UHGV virus genome: UHGV-1359164
Length of the DNA stretch: 41,765 nt
Source of the DNA: a virus
Direction: 5' to 3' (one strand)
Positions 1 through 9,479 of the stretch are shown here, piece after piece. The notes beneath the pieces were generated by a model that did no database searches, had not been told where the DNA came from, and saw only the letters and a list, made by a program, of their open reading frames with translations. The translations under genes were made by a program, and so were the position numbers. The first letter of the stretch is position 1, and every line of letters begins with the position of its first letter.

Positions 1-14
1 AGCCATTTTAGAAG

Positions 15-38
15 CTATGCAACACGAAATGCAACACG
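15..38. repeat. 24-bp direct repeat copy A ('ctatgcaacacgaaatgcaacacg'), itself an internal tandem of 'atgcaacacg'
   Basis: Identical 24-mer recurs at 220-243. Confidence 0.8.
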
Positions 39-41
39 CGC

Positions 42-70
42 AATAAAAAATGGCTTAAATAAGCCATTTT
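42..70 (-). terminator. Rho-independent terminator (stem 47-70 'aaaatggctt/aagccatttt', U-tract on minus strand) directly 3' of the tRNA-like fragment
   Basis: Perfect 10-bp stem, 4-nt loop, A-run 42-50 on plus equals U-run on minus. Confidence 0.7.
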
Positions 71-75
71 TCAAG

Positions 76-100
76 AGCAGATAACGGGAATCGAACCCGT
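76..100 (-). other. tRNA/tmRNA 3'-end fragment (T-arm 'ACGGG-TTCGATT-CCCGT' plus acceptor 3' strand 'TATCTGC'), candidate att core
   Basis: Canonical T-stem/loop on minus strand; no matching 5' acceptor strand or anticodon arm upstream, so it is not a full tRNA. Followed by the terminator. Confidence 0.55.
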
Positions 101-111
101 TAAAGTAAAAA

Positions 112-162
112 CTCACAAACCCGCGAAAACACTGAAATCTAGCATTTATGCGGGTTTGCGAG
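112..162. other. 13-bp-stem hairpin (one G-U pair) with a 25-nt loop, adjacent to the att fragment
   Basis: 'ctcacaaacccgc' at 112-124 is complementary to 'gcgggtttgcgag' at 150-162. Confidence 0.5.
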
Positions 163-219
163 TTATAAATATTTATCACTTGCTCTATAAATATATCACA
201 AATAATATATTTTTGCTTT

Positions 220-243
220 CTATGCAACACGAAATGCAACACG
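220..243. repeat. 24-bp direct repeat copy B
   Basis: Identical to 15-38. Confidence 0.8.
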
Positions 244-381
244 ACTGCTGCAATGGGTAGATAGGTGGTGCATCCATGCGTTATCTTTCCCAACGTTATT
301 CCATGCCATATAAGAAATGCAAGGCAGTCCTTATAGATATTGGTACAGAAGAACTGGCTCATCTGGAGATTGTGACGACTA

Positions 382-1182
382 TTATAGTACTAATCCTGGA
401 TAGTGGAGAGCGCCGTCCTGGTCAGGAGTAAGTACTACTGGTTCAGTTGCCATGCGACCGTCCTGATTCAGGTAGTACCACTTGCCATTGATTGTCTGTA
501 AGCCCTTTAGCATGGCACCGTCGGAGCCGAGATAGTACCAAGACCCTTTGTATTGATACCAGACATCATGAACCATCATGCCGGCACCGTCGAACCAGTA
601 CCAGAGTTTTCCGTCTTTGTACCAGTCATTGGAAACATACTTCCCAGATCCGTCTTTTAAATAGAAGCGCCAGCCGCCATTTTCCTGCTGCCAGCCTTCT
701 ATGATCTTCGGCTTTTCCACGGCTGACCAGGTTTTCATAAACTCTTCCGGAGTTTTATAAAGCTTTTTAATCACACTGGTACCACTTCCCCAGTCTGGAA
801 GTTGAAAATGTGGTTTATCTACAATACTCTTCCAGTTTCCACCCCATTCCAAGCCGATGGATGTGCCGATCGCGCCAACCTTGCTAAAAAATCCATCTGA
901 ATCATAATAGGCGCCGCGGCCATCTGCACGATAAATGTCGAAGGCTGTACCCCACTGGTGATAACTGCTGTAACTGCTGCCTGGGGCATTGGTCACGATA
1001 TTTCCCGGTTTTGTACGCCCCTGAGCATATAAATCATCTTGCTCTGCTTTTGTCCTGAGAGTTTCCCCGATTTTGATCTGCAAGCCTTTGGCGGCACACT
1101 TGGAAATCAATTCTGTTGCCAGCTTCTGTAAACGTGGATGGCATAAAGTAATATCTCTCATAATTTCGCCTTTCTTTTGCAC
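382..1182 (-). CDS. Endolysin: peptidase M15 (L-Ala-D-Glu / D-Ala-D-Ala type) catalytic domain plus C-terminal YG/W-rich cell-wall-binding repeats
   Basis: Motifs 'SYHQWGTAFD' (SxHxxGxAxD) and 'EWGGNW...DKPHF'; C-terminal repeats 'GWRFYLKDGSGKY / GKLWYWFDGAGMM / GSWYYLGSDGAML / GKWYYLNQDGRMA'. Confidence 0.8.
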   Translation of the reverse strand: MQKKGEIMRDITLCHPRLQKLATELISKCAAKGLQIKIGETLRTKAEQDDLYAQGRTKPGNIVTNAPGSSYSSYHQWGTAFDIYRADGRGAYYDSDGFFSKVGAIGTSIGLEWGGNWKSIVDKPHFQLPDWGSGTSVIKKLYKTPEEFMKTWSAVEKPKIIEGWQQENGGWRFYLKDGSGKYVSNDWYKDGKLWYWFDGAGMMVHDVWYQYKGSWYYLGSDGAMLKGLQTINGKWYYLNQDGRMATEPVVLTPDQDGALHYPGLVL

Positions 1183-1191
1183 CGGTGAAAC

Positions 1192-1323
1192 TTAGTATTT
1201 TTCTCCGGTCAACTCCTGATACTCTTCTTCTGTCAGTTTTCCAGCCTGTACCAAAGTTCTAAGTCTATCTTTATCCCAATATTTTGGATAGTATTTTTCA
1301 GCCATTTTATTTACACTTAACAT
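1192..1323 (-). CDS. XkdX-like small phage protein (43 aa)
   Basis: Hand translation 'MLSVNKMAEKYYPKYWDKDRLRTLVQAGKLTEEEYQELTGEKY'; the C-terminal 'EEEYQELTG' is the XkdX-family signature. Below the ORF-track length cutoff. Confidence 0.55.
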   Translation of the reverse strand: MLSVNKMAEKYYPKYWDKDRLRTLVQAGKLTEEEYQELTGEKY

Positions 1324-1335
1324 ATGCGCTCCTCC

Positions 1336-1746
1336 TTATAAATCGGTTCCTGTCATTACAGCCAAAAAGTCTATGTCAGCTCTATTGTGTTTCACCTGTT
1401 CTGTCACTCCTGGTTGGGACAGAATCAGTGTCACAGCCCTGCCCGTTACAGCTTCAGCTTTTACGCTGCCGTCATCGTTATACGTTGTAGGCTGTATCTG
1501 TGCATTGTCATTTACGCTCTTGGGATTGCCCAAAACAGTATAGCCATCATACACGGCTAATGTCTCCCCAGTGCTATTGATGATTTTTATCTGATCTGTG
1601 TTGGCAGCGCTAGAAAAGATGGCAATCAGATCTTCAAGGTTGTCAGCCGACAAAAATGTCAGCTTAAGGCTGTCACTAAACGCATCAAGCCCGTTTACTA
1701 CTAAATCAAATTCTTTTTTATTTTTTAACTTTAATTTTTCATTCAT
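1336..1746 (-). CDS. Hypothetical late protein in XkdW-like position
   Basis: ORF 1336..1818; likely start is internal ATG ('MNEKLKLK') preceded by AAAGGA; sits between fibre region and XkdX/endolysin. Confidence 0.4.
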   Translation of the reverse strand: MNEKLKLKNKKEFDLVVNGLDAFSDSLKLTFLSADNLEDLIAIFSSAANTDQIKIINSTGETLAVYDGYTVLGNPKSVNDNAQIQPTTYNDDGSVKAEAVTGRAVTLILSQPGVTEQVKHNRADIDFLAVMTGTDL

Positions 1747-2085
1747 TCTTTTTTTCCTTTCTTTTTCCTTTGTACTCAACTTGTAAATTCTGTTTACATC
1801 TTCCGATTTTTCTTCCACACAGTTGTTCCGCTATATAGTAATTTAAACTTTTATTATAGAGGCGAAAATCCAAATAAAGATGTAAAAACATTAGCAAGTG
1901 GTATTTACCAAATTGACGGTGGAAATGAAGCATACACCCCCACCAGATGGGGAATGTTGATTGTCTTTTCGGCACTTAATTATGGATATGCCCTATTTAC
2001 TCATACAGATGGATCTGTGTACGTGCGCACATGGTCTCAAAGGAATGGTAGTTATTATATCGACTGGAAGAAGTTATCCAATTAA
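1735..2085 (+). pseudogene. Inverted remnant of a tail-fibre C-terminal knob (receptor-binding tip) without start codon or RBS
   Basis: Frame-1 translation '...NLNFYYRGENPNKDVKTLASGIYQIDGGNEAYTPTRWGMLIVFSALNYGYALFTHTDGSVYVRTWSQRNGSYYIDWKKLSN*' matches the fibre-tip pattern (GIY...G.L.V....Y.RT...G.W..WKK). First ATG is only 44 codons from the stop. Confidence 0.45.
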
Positions 2086-2131
2086 AATCATGCATCTGTT
2101 TTTTTTAGAAGTATACATGTAAATGATCATT

Positions 2132-2491
2132 TTACTTATGCGTCAACGTAAAATCTCTATTGGATATAATGACGCATTCATCCCAAGTACCCATTCCAGT
2201 AATTGATAAACGCGCTACCTTTCCCACACTATTGCAAGCCACTTTATATGTAGACCGATTTACAAGAGCAGTGACATTTCCAATATTATGAAAAGAATAT
2301 AGTCCTCCATCAGCTATGACCAAACCGCAAAAATGACTGCTGTCTATTATGGATGTTGCAAATACTTGTGTGTATTCTCCTTCATTGGCAATTTTTTTGA
2401 TGTATACATTACTGATGCAGCTGCTAACGATTGCTAAATTACTACGTTTTAGATTATGTTTTTTGAATATTTTTACAAAAATAATGAATAT
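2132..2491 (-). pseudogene. Open frame without ATG or RBS (only an internal TTG), probably a decayed gene fragment
   Basis: 120-codon minus frame from the stop at 2492 contains no Met; AT-rich surroundings. Confidence 0.3.
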
Positions 2492-2538
2492 TCAAGTAGT
2501 AACGTAGTAATAACCAATAACGAATAGGCGCTATTCTA

Positions 2539-3282
2539 TTATTCTGATGTTAAATAAATTATAGAAAATTCAACGTTTTGATTTCCTGAAGAGAACTGTT
2601 TATTAATTCCTATAGATGTACTTTCGATCATTATAAGATCAGTAACATTTTTCCCTAGAATGTGATACTCACCGATAGACCAAATAGGACGAAAACCTTC
2701 AGGAATATCCATTATTTTGTTGGTAGCAAAAGATGTCATTGCATCAAATTTTATCGTGCCTACAATTTTTACCGTTACAGTTGTCCCAATTTTTTTAATC
2801 TGTGTACCTTTATCAGTAAAGTATGACGAGTCAAATGTGGGATTGCCAATCACTGGCGTTTTTAAATTACTATTTAGCTGATCAAGTTTCTGCCCCATAG
2901 CATAGGCCAGTGCCGCAGAAACACCTTTAGTCGCATCATTGGTCTGTACGCTTACCAGATCGCTGATCTTAAGCAACTTAGTAGCAGCCTGATCTACTAC
3001 CCAGTTTATCAAATCCTGTGCAGAAACTGTACCGCCCACTTCTCCCAGCACTCCGCTGGTATCCTCTGCCTGCACTGATTCCAGGGCTGTAGGGTTAAAG
3101 CCTTTAGCCATCAGCTGATAATTAATGTGATCATCTGTAGGTGTGATGCCTTGTACAGTCTTCAAGGTAATATATGTACTGTTTTCATACATTACCATTG
3201 TAAGTTGTTCATATGCTGTTTCCGGATTATATTCTCCACCATTGGTAAGCATCCACTTACCAAGATCTGTTGTGCTTGCCAC
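2539..3282 (-). CDS. Tail fibre / receptor-binding protein (distal part)
   Basis: GTG start overlapping the upstream TAG ('GGAGGTGGCATAGTG': SD GGAGG, 7 nt, GTG); located after the BppU-like gene. Confidence 0.5.
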   Translation of the reverse strand: MASTTDLGKWMLTNGGEYNPETAYEQLTMVMYENSTYITLKTVQGITPTDDHINYQLMAKGFNPTALESVQAEDTSGVLGEVGGTVSAQDLINWVVDQAATKLLKISDLVSVQTNDATKGVSAALAYAMGQKLDQLNSNLKTPVIGNPTFDSSYFTDKGTQIKKIGTTVTVKIVGTIKFDAMTSFATNKIMDIPEGFRPIWSIGEYHILGKNVTDLIMIESTSIGINKQFSSGNQNVEFSIIYLTSE

Positions 3283-4054
3283 TATGCCACCTCCACTAAT
3301 ACATGGTTATTTTCAACTTTAACTGTTACTGTTTTTCCTTGTTTGCACATCAAATGCCCTGTTGATGCATCCAGATAAAACTCCGGTAAGATCAGATTTG
3401 CATAGGTCCCAGCCTTTTCAGCTTCTTCTTTCGCCTTTTCGCTATAATATTTGCTGTTATCAGTATCTTCCCCTGTTCTGGAACCAGTACCACCCACAGC
3501 ATAGCTTATAGATGATTTATTATATGCCTCTGCCTCTTGCGCTGCTGTCTGAGCATCAAGCATATACTGCCGTAAAGTCTTCTGCAATGTAGGCTCTAGC
3601 TTATCTGCTGTTATTGACCCGTCTACCACATTTGCAGATATAGTCGTTCCATCCAGGTTCATTGCAATAGTCGCTGTACTGGAAACGTTATAAACAAAAC
3701 GTTGGAAGCTGATCTTCTTTATGGTTCCGTCCTGCTGGACCAGTACGAGATTACCGTCTTCGTCCAGATCAAGCTTTGTTGGCATCATCTCAATAGGAAA
3801 ATCTACCGTTTCTACAGTGCCATCCTTATGTGTTACAGTTACAATCCAAGTGGATGTGTCAACTTCCCATCCAGTTATAAATTTGGCCGCATCCGATGCT
3901 TCCAGTTTGTCCTGGGATAGGCCAAGGATATATTGCGCACATTGCAGGATACCATTATCCATATGGCGCAGATTTGTCTTGCCAACTGGTGTGGATGTGT
4001 CCGGGTAGTTCACCCAGCCTATAATGCTATAAAACAGCTCACTCAGCTTCATTC
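3282..4054 (-). CDS. Baseplate/tail-fibre protein with BppU-like N-terminal domain
   Basis: 'MKLSELFYSIIGWVNYPDTSTPVGKTNLRHMDNGI' (the NL.HMD.GI motif of BppU-type N-termini); start taken at internal ATG with AAGGAAG RBS. Confidence 0.55.
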
Positions 4055-4230
4055 TTTGCTTCCTTTCCGGACTGCTGTGGTTTTTCCGGGATTTCTTTAA
4101 CGATTCCACTGTCAAGGATAGCCGCAGCCTGTGCCATAAACTTTATATTGTCAAATCCTTTTACAGCCACCATATTAAGTAGTGCTGTTAAAAGCTGGAT
4201 ATCCTCTTTTTTGTACTCTACCTTAGCCAT
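4039..4230 (-). CDS. Small hypothetical protein between Tal and BppU-like genes
   Basis: RBS 'GGAGGTTGATC' followed by ATG ('MAKVEYKK'). Confidence 0.35.
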   Translation of the reverse strand: MAKVEYKKEDIQLLTALLNMVAVKGFDNIKFMAQAAAILDSGIVKEIPEKPQQSGKEAKNEAE

Positions 4231-6250
4231 GATCAACCTCCACTTTCCGCAGGATAAATTGCAATGCCTTTACTATAACCGGGATGTAATTTATGTACGG
4301 GATGGAATAGTATTTACCATTTTTAGTATACAATGGCATTTCCGTGCCCAGATCTGCACACATTTTTTTTACTTCCTGTGCAATAAATCCCAGGCTTTCC
4401 GCATCGTTTACATTCAGTGCATAGGCTACCGGCCGCAGCCCTTTTATCACTTCTACAGCAAGCTTTTCATGAACATCTCTGATGTCATGCTTTAATCTTC
4501 TGTCTGACCAGGTTTCCCCAGCCATTGATGAATAAACGCTTACACAGCTTATTCGATTAGCATCGATATTTTGGCAGTTAATCGCTCCTGAAAAATCCGC
4601 TCCTGAATTAAATACCGCATTACCTCCAACTTCCAGATGGTTTGTGTAAATCGTACTCGCACCGATGGAACTTGTATTTGCAGTTCCATCAATTTCTGCA
4701 CCGGTAATCTTCAGTTTTCCATTTGCCAATGTAATACTTCCATCATTGGTTTTGAAACTGTTCGCCACCACATCACCTGTAAATGATCCGCTGCTTGCTG
4801 TCAGTTTACCGTCTGCCGTCATAGAGGAATATGTGGAACTCCAGCTAAAACGATTCCCTTTTATGCTGATCCCACCGGTTTCCACCGAAAGCTGATTTGA
4901 TACGTCTCCCTGGCTGACTTTCAGTTCAATCTTATCACTGACTACGTTAATCGCTGATCTCAGTTCTGCTTCCTGACCGGTAGCTCTCGTAACTTCCAGG
5001 GAAATCTGATTAGCCATCTGGGTAAACTTGGAATTAGTTCCCTCTTCCAGATTGGTAAGTTCATTTGATATTTCTTCTACAGATCGTTTAAGGATAGCAG
5101 ATAAGCCTTTTATCTGTATCAATTCACTTTCAATGCTAAAAGGTCTTGATAATTCCTGGCTTCCAGTGCTTTCATAGCTGTCCATAGCTCCCTGAATACC
5201 CGTAAAGGTTCTTTTCATCACAAGGGTATTAACTATCCCGTCTGTAGTCTCCAGACTGATCCTATCCCCTATTTCAATCCACGGTGAACCGTTTGTAGAT
5301 ATGGTTGCGGGCTGGTATTCCAGACCGTTTACGACGTTTTTAATGTTATTGGCAATTCCTATCATCTCTGATGTGGTCTTGCCATATACCAGCATGTTTC
5401 CTTCAATGATATAAACATTTTGACCGTCTCCTGTGCTGGTTCCGCCTATGTCCCCTTCTTCCTGACGGATCTGTACGGTATCTATATCTGGAACTGTGTA
5501 CTCTTCACTCTCGGCATTCTGATAGATTGTGATCCGCGCGGATATATCCTCTTTTTCCGGAAGTGCGATATACCGCAGTTCCCCGTTCTTATTGATGTTT
5601 CCAAATACTCCATTGATCTGGCAGATCTGATGCAGTACTTCCCGCCCTTTCAAAGCTGTAGGATTTATGGTCTTTTCTACCTGTATTTCATCATTAACAA
5701 GAACTGCATTTTCTTCCCGCACACCTACAAATGAACAGAGTGATTTACGAAATGCTTTTAATGTCATTGGAAAACTCAATGCATTATACCAACCGGACAC
5801 ATCTACATCAAAACGCTGCATCCTGTCATAGGCTATTATCTTTCTGGTATTCTTGTCTTCCTGCTTGGGTGTAGACTCTACTTTAAACAAGCCCAGGACC
5901 ATGTTATAGCCACCAAATGACTCTGTAGCCATAAATTCGCGGCCTGAAATACTCTGGGTCAGTCCCGTTACTGTGATTTCAAACTGGGCTGCCTCACACG
6001 ATCCAAAGCTTAGATCTTCGTCTGAACACAGGCTTTCTGTAATGGCAAGGGAATCTGTTACTATCTGATCATCTTCTATGGAAAAATCCACAGCGTCCGC
6101 AGACATTTCAGAAGGATATAAATCCTCTGAAGGATACAGTGTTTCAGACGGGTATAGAGCATGATATTCTTCTTTAAAAAAAGTCAGCTTAAGACTTTTT
6201 CCACCATATTCGTTAAACAGGTCTTTATAAACCTGATCGATCTCTATCAT
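4223..6250 (-). CDS. Tail-associated protein (Tal): prophage-endopeptidase-tail N-domain plus C-terminal peptidase-S74 intramolecular-chaperone domain
   Basis: Located after TMP and a small tail protein; C-terminal 'SDRRLKHDIRD' is the S74 autoproteolysis motif; N-terminal 3x 'LYPSE' repeat. Confidence 0.7.
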   Translation of the reverse strand: MIEIDQVYKDLFNEYGGKSLKLTFFKEEYHALYPSETLYPSEDLYPSEMSADAVDFSIEDDQIVTDSLAITESLCSDEDLSFGSCEAAQFEITVTGLTQSISGREFMATESFGGYNMVLGLFKVESTPKQEDKNTRKIIAYDRMQRFDVDVSGWYNALSFPMTLKAFRKSLCSFVGVREENAVLVNDEIQVEKTINPTALKGREVLHQICQINGVFGNINKNGELRYIALPEKEDISARITIYQNAESEEYTVPDIDTVQIRQEEGDIGGTSTGDGQNVYIIEGNMLVYGKTTSEMIGIANNIKNVVNGLEYQPATISTNGSPWIEIGDRISLETTDGIVNTLVMKRTFTGIQGAMDSYESTGSQELSRPFSIESELIQIKGLSAILKRSVEEISNELTNLEEGTNSKFTQMANQISLEVTRATGQEAELRSAINVVSDKIELKVSQGDVSNQLSVETGGISIKGNRFSWSSTYSSMTADGKLTASSGSFTGDVVANSFKTNDGSITLANGKLKITGAEIDGTANTSSIGASTIYTNHLEVGGNAVFNSGADFSGAINCQNIDANRISCVSVYSSMAGETWSDRRLKHDIRDVHEKLAVEVIKGLRPVAYALNVNDAESLGFIAQEVKKMCADLGTEMPLYTKNGKYYSIPYINYIPVIVKALQFILRKVEVDHG

Positions 6251-6262
6251 CTGCTCCGCTCC

Positions 6263-6676
6263 TTAATACTGGATCATTTCAATGGTTACTTTCTCATAGT
6301 ACATTTCACCGGTGTCATTGTCTGCTATGTGGTCAATAGCAAACTCTGTATCTGGGATATAAAAAGAACCGGTGCCATATACACATGTATCTAAATTCCA
6401 GTAGGTCACTCTGTACTTCTTTTGAGTAGCATCCTGCAGACCATTGGCCTTAATAGAATTAAACAGATCCTTTTCCCTCTGGGATAATGGTCTCAATTCC
6501 AGATTAAGAGTTGTTTTGAAATTAGGAGATGTCACCCTCTGCAAGGACTCATTATTATCTCTCCATGCCTTTTTCTCTATTCGCTGGTCCGGTGTTGACC
6601 TGTACCGGGTAAGGAAACTGTTTGGGAGCTGTGTGTTCCCAAACATTACCAGATAACCTCTATAGTCTTTCTGCAC
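6263..6676 (-). CDS. Small tail protein (Dit-position)
   Basis: Immediately downstream of TMP and upstream of Tal. Confidence 0.4.
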   Translation of the reverse strand: MQKDYRGYLVMFGNTQLPNSFLTRYRSTPDQRIEKKAWRDNNESLQRVTSPNFKTTLNLELRPLSQREKDLFNSIKANGLQDATQKKYRVTYWNLDTCVYGTGSFYIPDTEFAIDHIADNDTGEMYYEKVTIEMIQY

Positions 6677-6686
6677 GCCTTACCTC

Positions 6687-9467
6687 CTACACTAAGACAG
6701 GATTTTTTCCCGTCCTTTTCTTTTCCTGACGGACAAATTTAACAGTAGATGCGCCCATTTCTTTTCCATCCAGATAGATGTATCCTACAATATCGCCACC
6801 ACCCAAGCCGCCGGATTCCTGTAATGCTTCCTTAAGGGCCTGCTTCATGGTAGACAGCGGGGATACAACTTCCGTTTCCTTTTTGTTATCGCCCAGGATA
6901 GCCGCAAATTCACCGGCACGTGGCGGTACTACTGTTCCTGATGCAAGACGTGGAAGTCTAACTGTAGATATATCAAATCCAAAATGCTGACCACCGGCAA
7001 CCGGTGACCATTCCGGGATATCAAAGCTGATTTTATTTAATCCGCTGATAATGCTATTAACGGCGATTTCAACAAGCGCCACAATTCCATTAAAGACGCT
7101 CTTGAAAATGTCTTTAATGCCATTCAGCGCCGTTTCTATATCCAAAGTAAGTACGCCCTGGATAAATTCAAGCAGCCCAGTTAAAACGCCTGTAACGCCT
7201 TCTCCTACAGCACCTACCACTGACAAGAATGTATTAAAAAATCCTCCTATGTTCTCAATAGCATTGCCTATTAATGGTGCAAATGTCTGCACAATCCAAT
7301 CCAATAAGGGCATTAATAATTGATTCCATGCGGCAGTCAATGTATCTGCCAATTGTCCAACCATATCCGCAAAGCTGCTGAAAAACGGCTGTAAATACTG
7401 ATTTTTTACTTCTGTAAATTTATCAGCCACCTTCTGCAAAGCTGGTAAAATGTACGTATTAAAAGCTGTCAATGCGCTTCCATATATCTTCGTAAATCCT
7501 TCTGCAAATGCGTCAAACATTGGAGCTATATGTTCGTCATAGGCCTGATTTATTTCATCCAATGCCACTGTAAACACATCTTTAATGTCACCCATGACCT
7601 GAGCAACAACGCCTAATATATTATCCAAAGCATTTTTGAACTCATCCTTGTTGTTTATAAATGGGGTAGTGAGCGTATCTAAAAAATCTCGACCTGTTTT
7701 GGCAAACAGTTCGCTCAATCCCATAAAAGCATTTGAAAAAAATCCAATCAAATTCGCTGTAAAAGTCTGACCGTTTTCATCTGAGAAAGCGCTAAATACA
7801 TACGCAAAAGCCTCAGAAAAATTTGCTACAATATCCGATATATCACCAGTTATATCAAACATATCTATGATATATTGTTTGATGCGATCCTGAGCATCTT
7901 CTAAGTATTGTGCAAATCCGCCGATCAAATTTGTAGCCAGTGTGACGCCTATAGAAGCAATCGAACCTGCAATGACTCCCAGATCATAAACAACTTTTTC
8001 TCCCCAGACTTTAGCAGCGTTCTGAACTTTAGCATCAGAAAAAATGTTACTAAAGCTGTCTTTTATACGCTGTAATCCACTTATGATGGTTGCAAATCTT
8101 GAAGTTGTGTCTCCAAGACCTACTTTAAAGCCTTTAGCAAATAGCGCGGCTATATCATTCCATTTCTTCTTTACTGCATCTAATGCCTTTGTCAAAGCGC
8201 TGGAAACTGCTACAGTCTCAAACATCTCAGATGGAGATACTCCGCCACTACCTCCGCCATTTCCAGAAGAACTATCATCTTTTTTTACATTTAGCTTATC
8301 AAATGCGGCCAGCTCTTCTTTGGCGTCTTTTGCAGCGCTTCCAGTCTTTTTTAGTGACTTCGCATAATCCTGCTGAACCTTGGTAGCCTTGACTACAGTA
8401 CTTTTCCCTGTCAAAGCCGCCATAAACTGAGCGATTGCCGTAACCGCAGTGTTGAGAAGTCCAATCAAGTAATTTAAATCTGGAGCCACCGCTGACAAAA
8501 TAGGGGCAAACGCTGTTGCAAAGCTGTTCTTTAGCTGAGTAAGTGACGACATCAAACTAGAGATATCTTTATTTGTGTTTCCAGAGTACTGGGCCAAATT
8601 CTTAAAGCCATCAACTAAAGCGCCTCTTATCTTGCTAAATAGCGCATATAGCGATCGAATGCCTAATCCATATTTAATCAGATTTTTCAAACTCAGCGCA
8701 GTGGAGTTCGCATTCTTGCCAATTTTTTTAATTCCATCTGCAGCTTTTTGTGTCATGCCTCCCGCAAGCCTTTTTACGTTGTTATTTAAGGCTGACATTC
8801 TTTTTTGTGCATTATCAATGCCATTGCTATAGTTAGACGTTGATCCCGCTGCATTCTCCAAGATACCGCCATACTCCTGCACCTTCTGTTTTAGAGACAT
8901 AAAGGATGTATTCAGCCGGTTATTTGTATCCTCAAGCTTTTGCTGTTCAGCTTCCAGCTGGGCTGCTGCCTTCTGAGCGGCAGGTGTATCCGCCCCAGAA
9001 GTAAATGCACCGCCACTTTTTTCAAGATCTTCTTTTTCGGCCTTTGCGTACTCAAGGGTCTTTTTCAGCTGTTCAATTTCGTATTGCATGCCAGCATAAG
9101 CTTTGCTGTTCGTTTTGCCTCCGGTGTTTACAAATTTTTCCTGACGTTCAGTCAACGCCGCAAGCTTTTTTTCTGTTTCGTCAATTTGTTTTTGGATCGC
9201 TTTATACTCTTCCGTTGGAATCTTCTGGTTGTTAAACTCTTCAACTTTTTGCTTTAAAGCTTCAACCTTTTTTTCCTGAGCTGCATACTGAGCATTCAGC
9301 TTCGAGAAAGCATCCAGTTGCTTCTGAAGTGCGATCTTGGCTTTATCTCCTACATTACTGACTGTTTTGGCCATACGTTTGGCAGCCAGCTCTATGTCTT
9401 TGGATCCAGCCTTAAAGCCATCATCTGCTATGGTTGTATCGATAACTATTGTTCCATCTGCCTGCAC
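6687..9467 (-). CDS. Tail tape measure protein (926 aa)
   Basis: Size, position after chaperone pair, coiled-coil N-region, Gly/hydrophobic-rich core. Confidence 0.85.
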   Translation of the reverse strand: MQADGTIVIDTTIADDGFKAGSKDIELAAKRMAKTVSNVGDKAKIALQKQLDAFSKLNAQYAAQEKKVEALKQKVEEFNNQKIPTEEYKAIQKQIDETEKKLAALTERQEKFVNTGGKTNSKAYAGMQYEIEQLKKTLEYAKAEKEDLEKSGGAFTSGADTPAAQKAAAQLEAEQQKLEDTNNRLNTSFMSLKQKVQEYGGILENAAGSTSNYSNGIDNAQKRMSALNNNVKRLAGGMTQKAADGIKKIGKNANSTALSLKNLIKYGLGIRSLYALFSKIRGALVDGFKNLAQYSGNTNKDISSLMSSLTQLKNSFATAFAPILSAVAPDLNYLIGLLNTAVTAIAQFMAALTGKSTVVKATKVQQDYAKSLKKTGSAAKDAKEELAAFDKLNVKKDDSSSGNGGGSGGVSPSEMFETVAVSSALTKALDAVKKKWNDIAALFAKGFKVGLGDTTSRFATIISGLQRIKDSFSNIFSDAKVQNAAKVWGEKVVYDLGVIAGSIASIGVTLATNLIGGFAQYLEDAQDRIKQYIIDMFDITGDISDIVANFSEAFAYVFSAFSDENGQTFTANLIGFFSNAFMGLSELFAKTGRDFLDTLTTPFINNKDEFKNALDNILGVVAQVMGDIKDVFTVALDEINQAYDEHIAPMFDAFAEGFTKIYGSALTAFNTYILPALQKVADKFTEVKNQYLQPFFSSFADMVGQLADTLTAAWNQLLMPLLDWIVQTFAPLIGNAIENIGGFFNTFLSVVGAVGEGVTGVLTGLLEFIQGVLTLDIETALNGIKDIFKSVFNGIVALVEIAVNSIISGLNKISFDIPEWSPVAGGQHFGFDISTVRLPRLASGTVVPPRAGEFAAILGDNKKETEVVSPLSTMKQALKEALQESGGLGGGDIVGYIYLDGKEMGASTVKFVRQEKKRTGKNPVLV

Positions 9468-9479
9468 GCTTACGCCTCC

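Noticed and set aside
15-362. 115-aa minus-strand ORF spanning the att, terminator and repeat region
   Set aside because: Runs through a terminator hairpin, a tRNA fragment and direct repeats; no RBS; low-complexity translation. Spurious.
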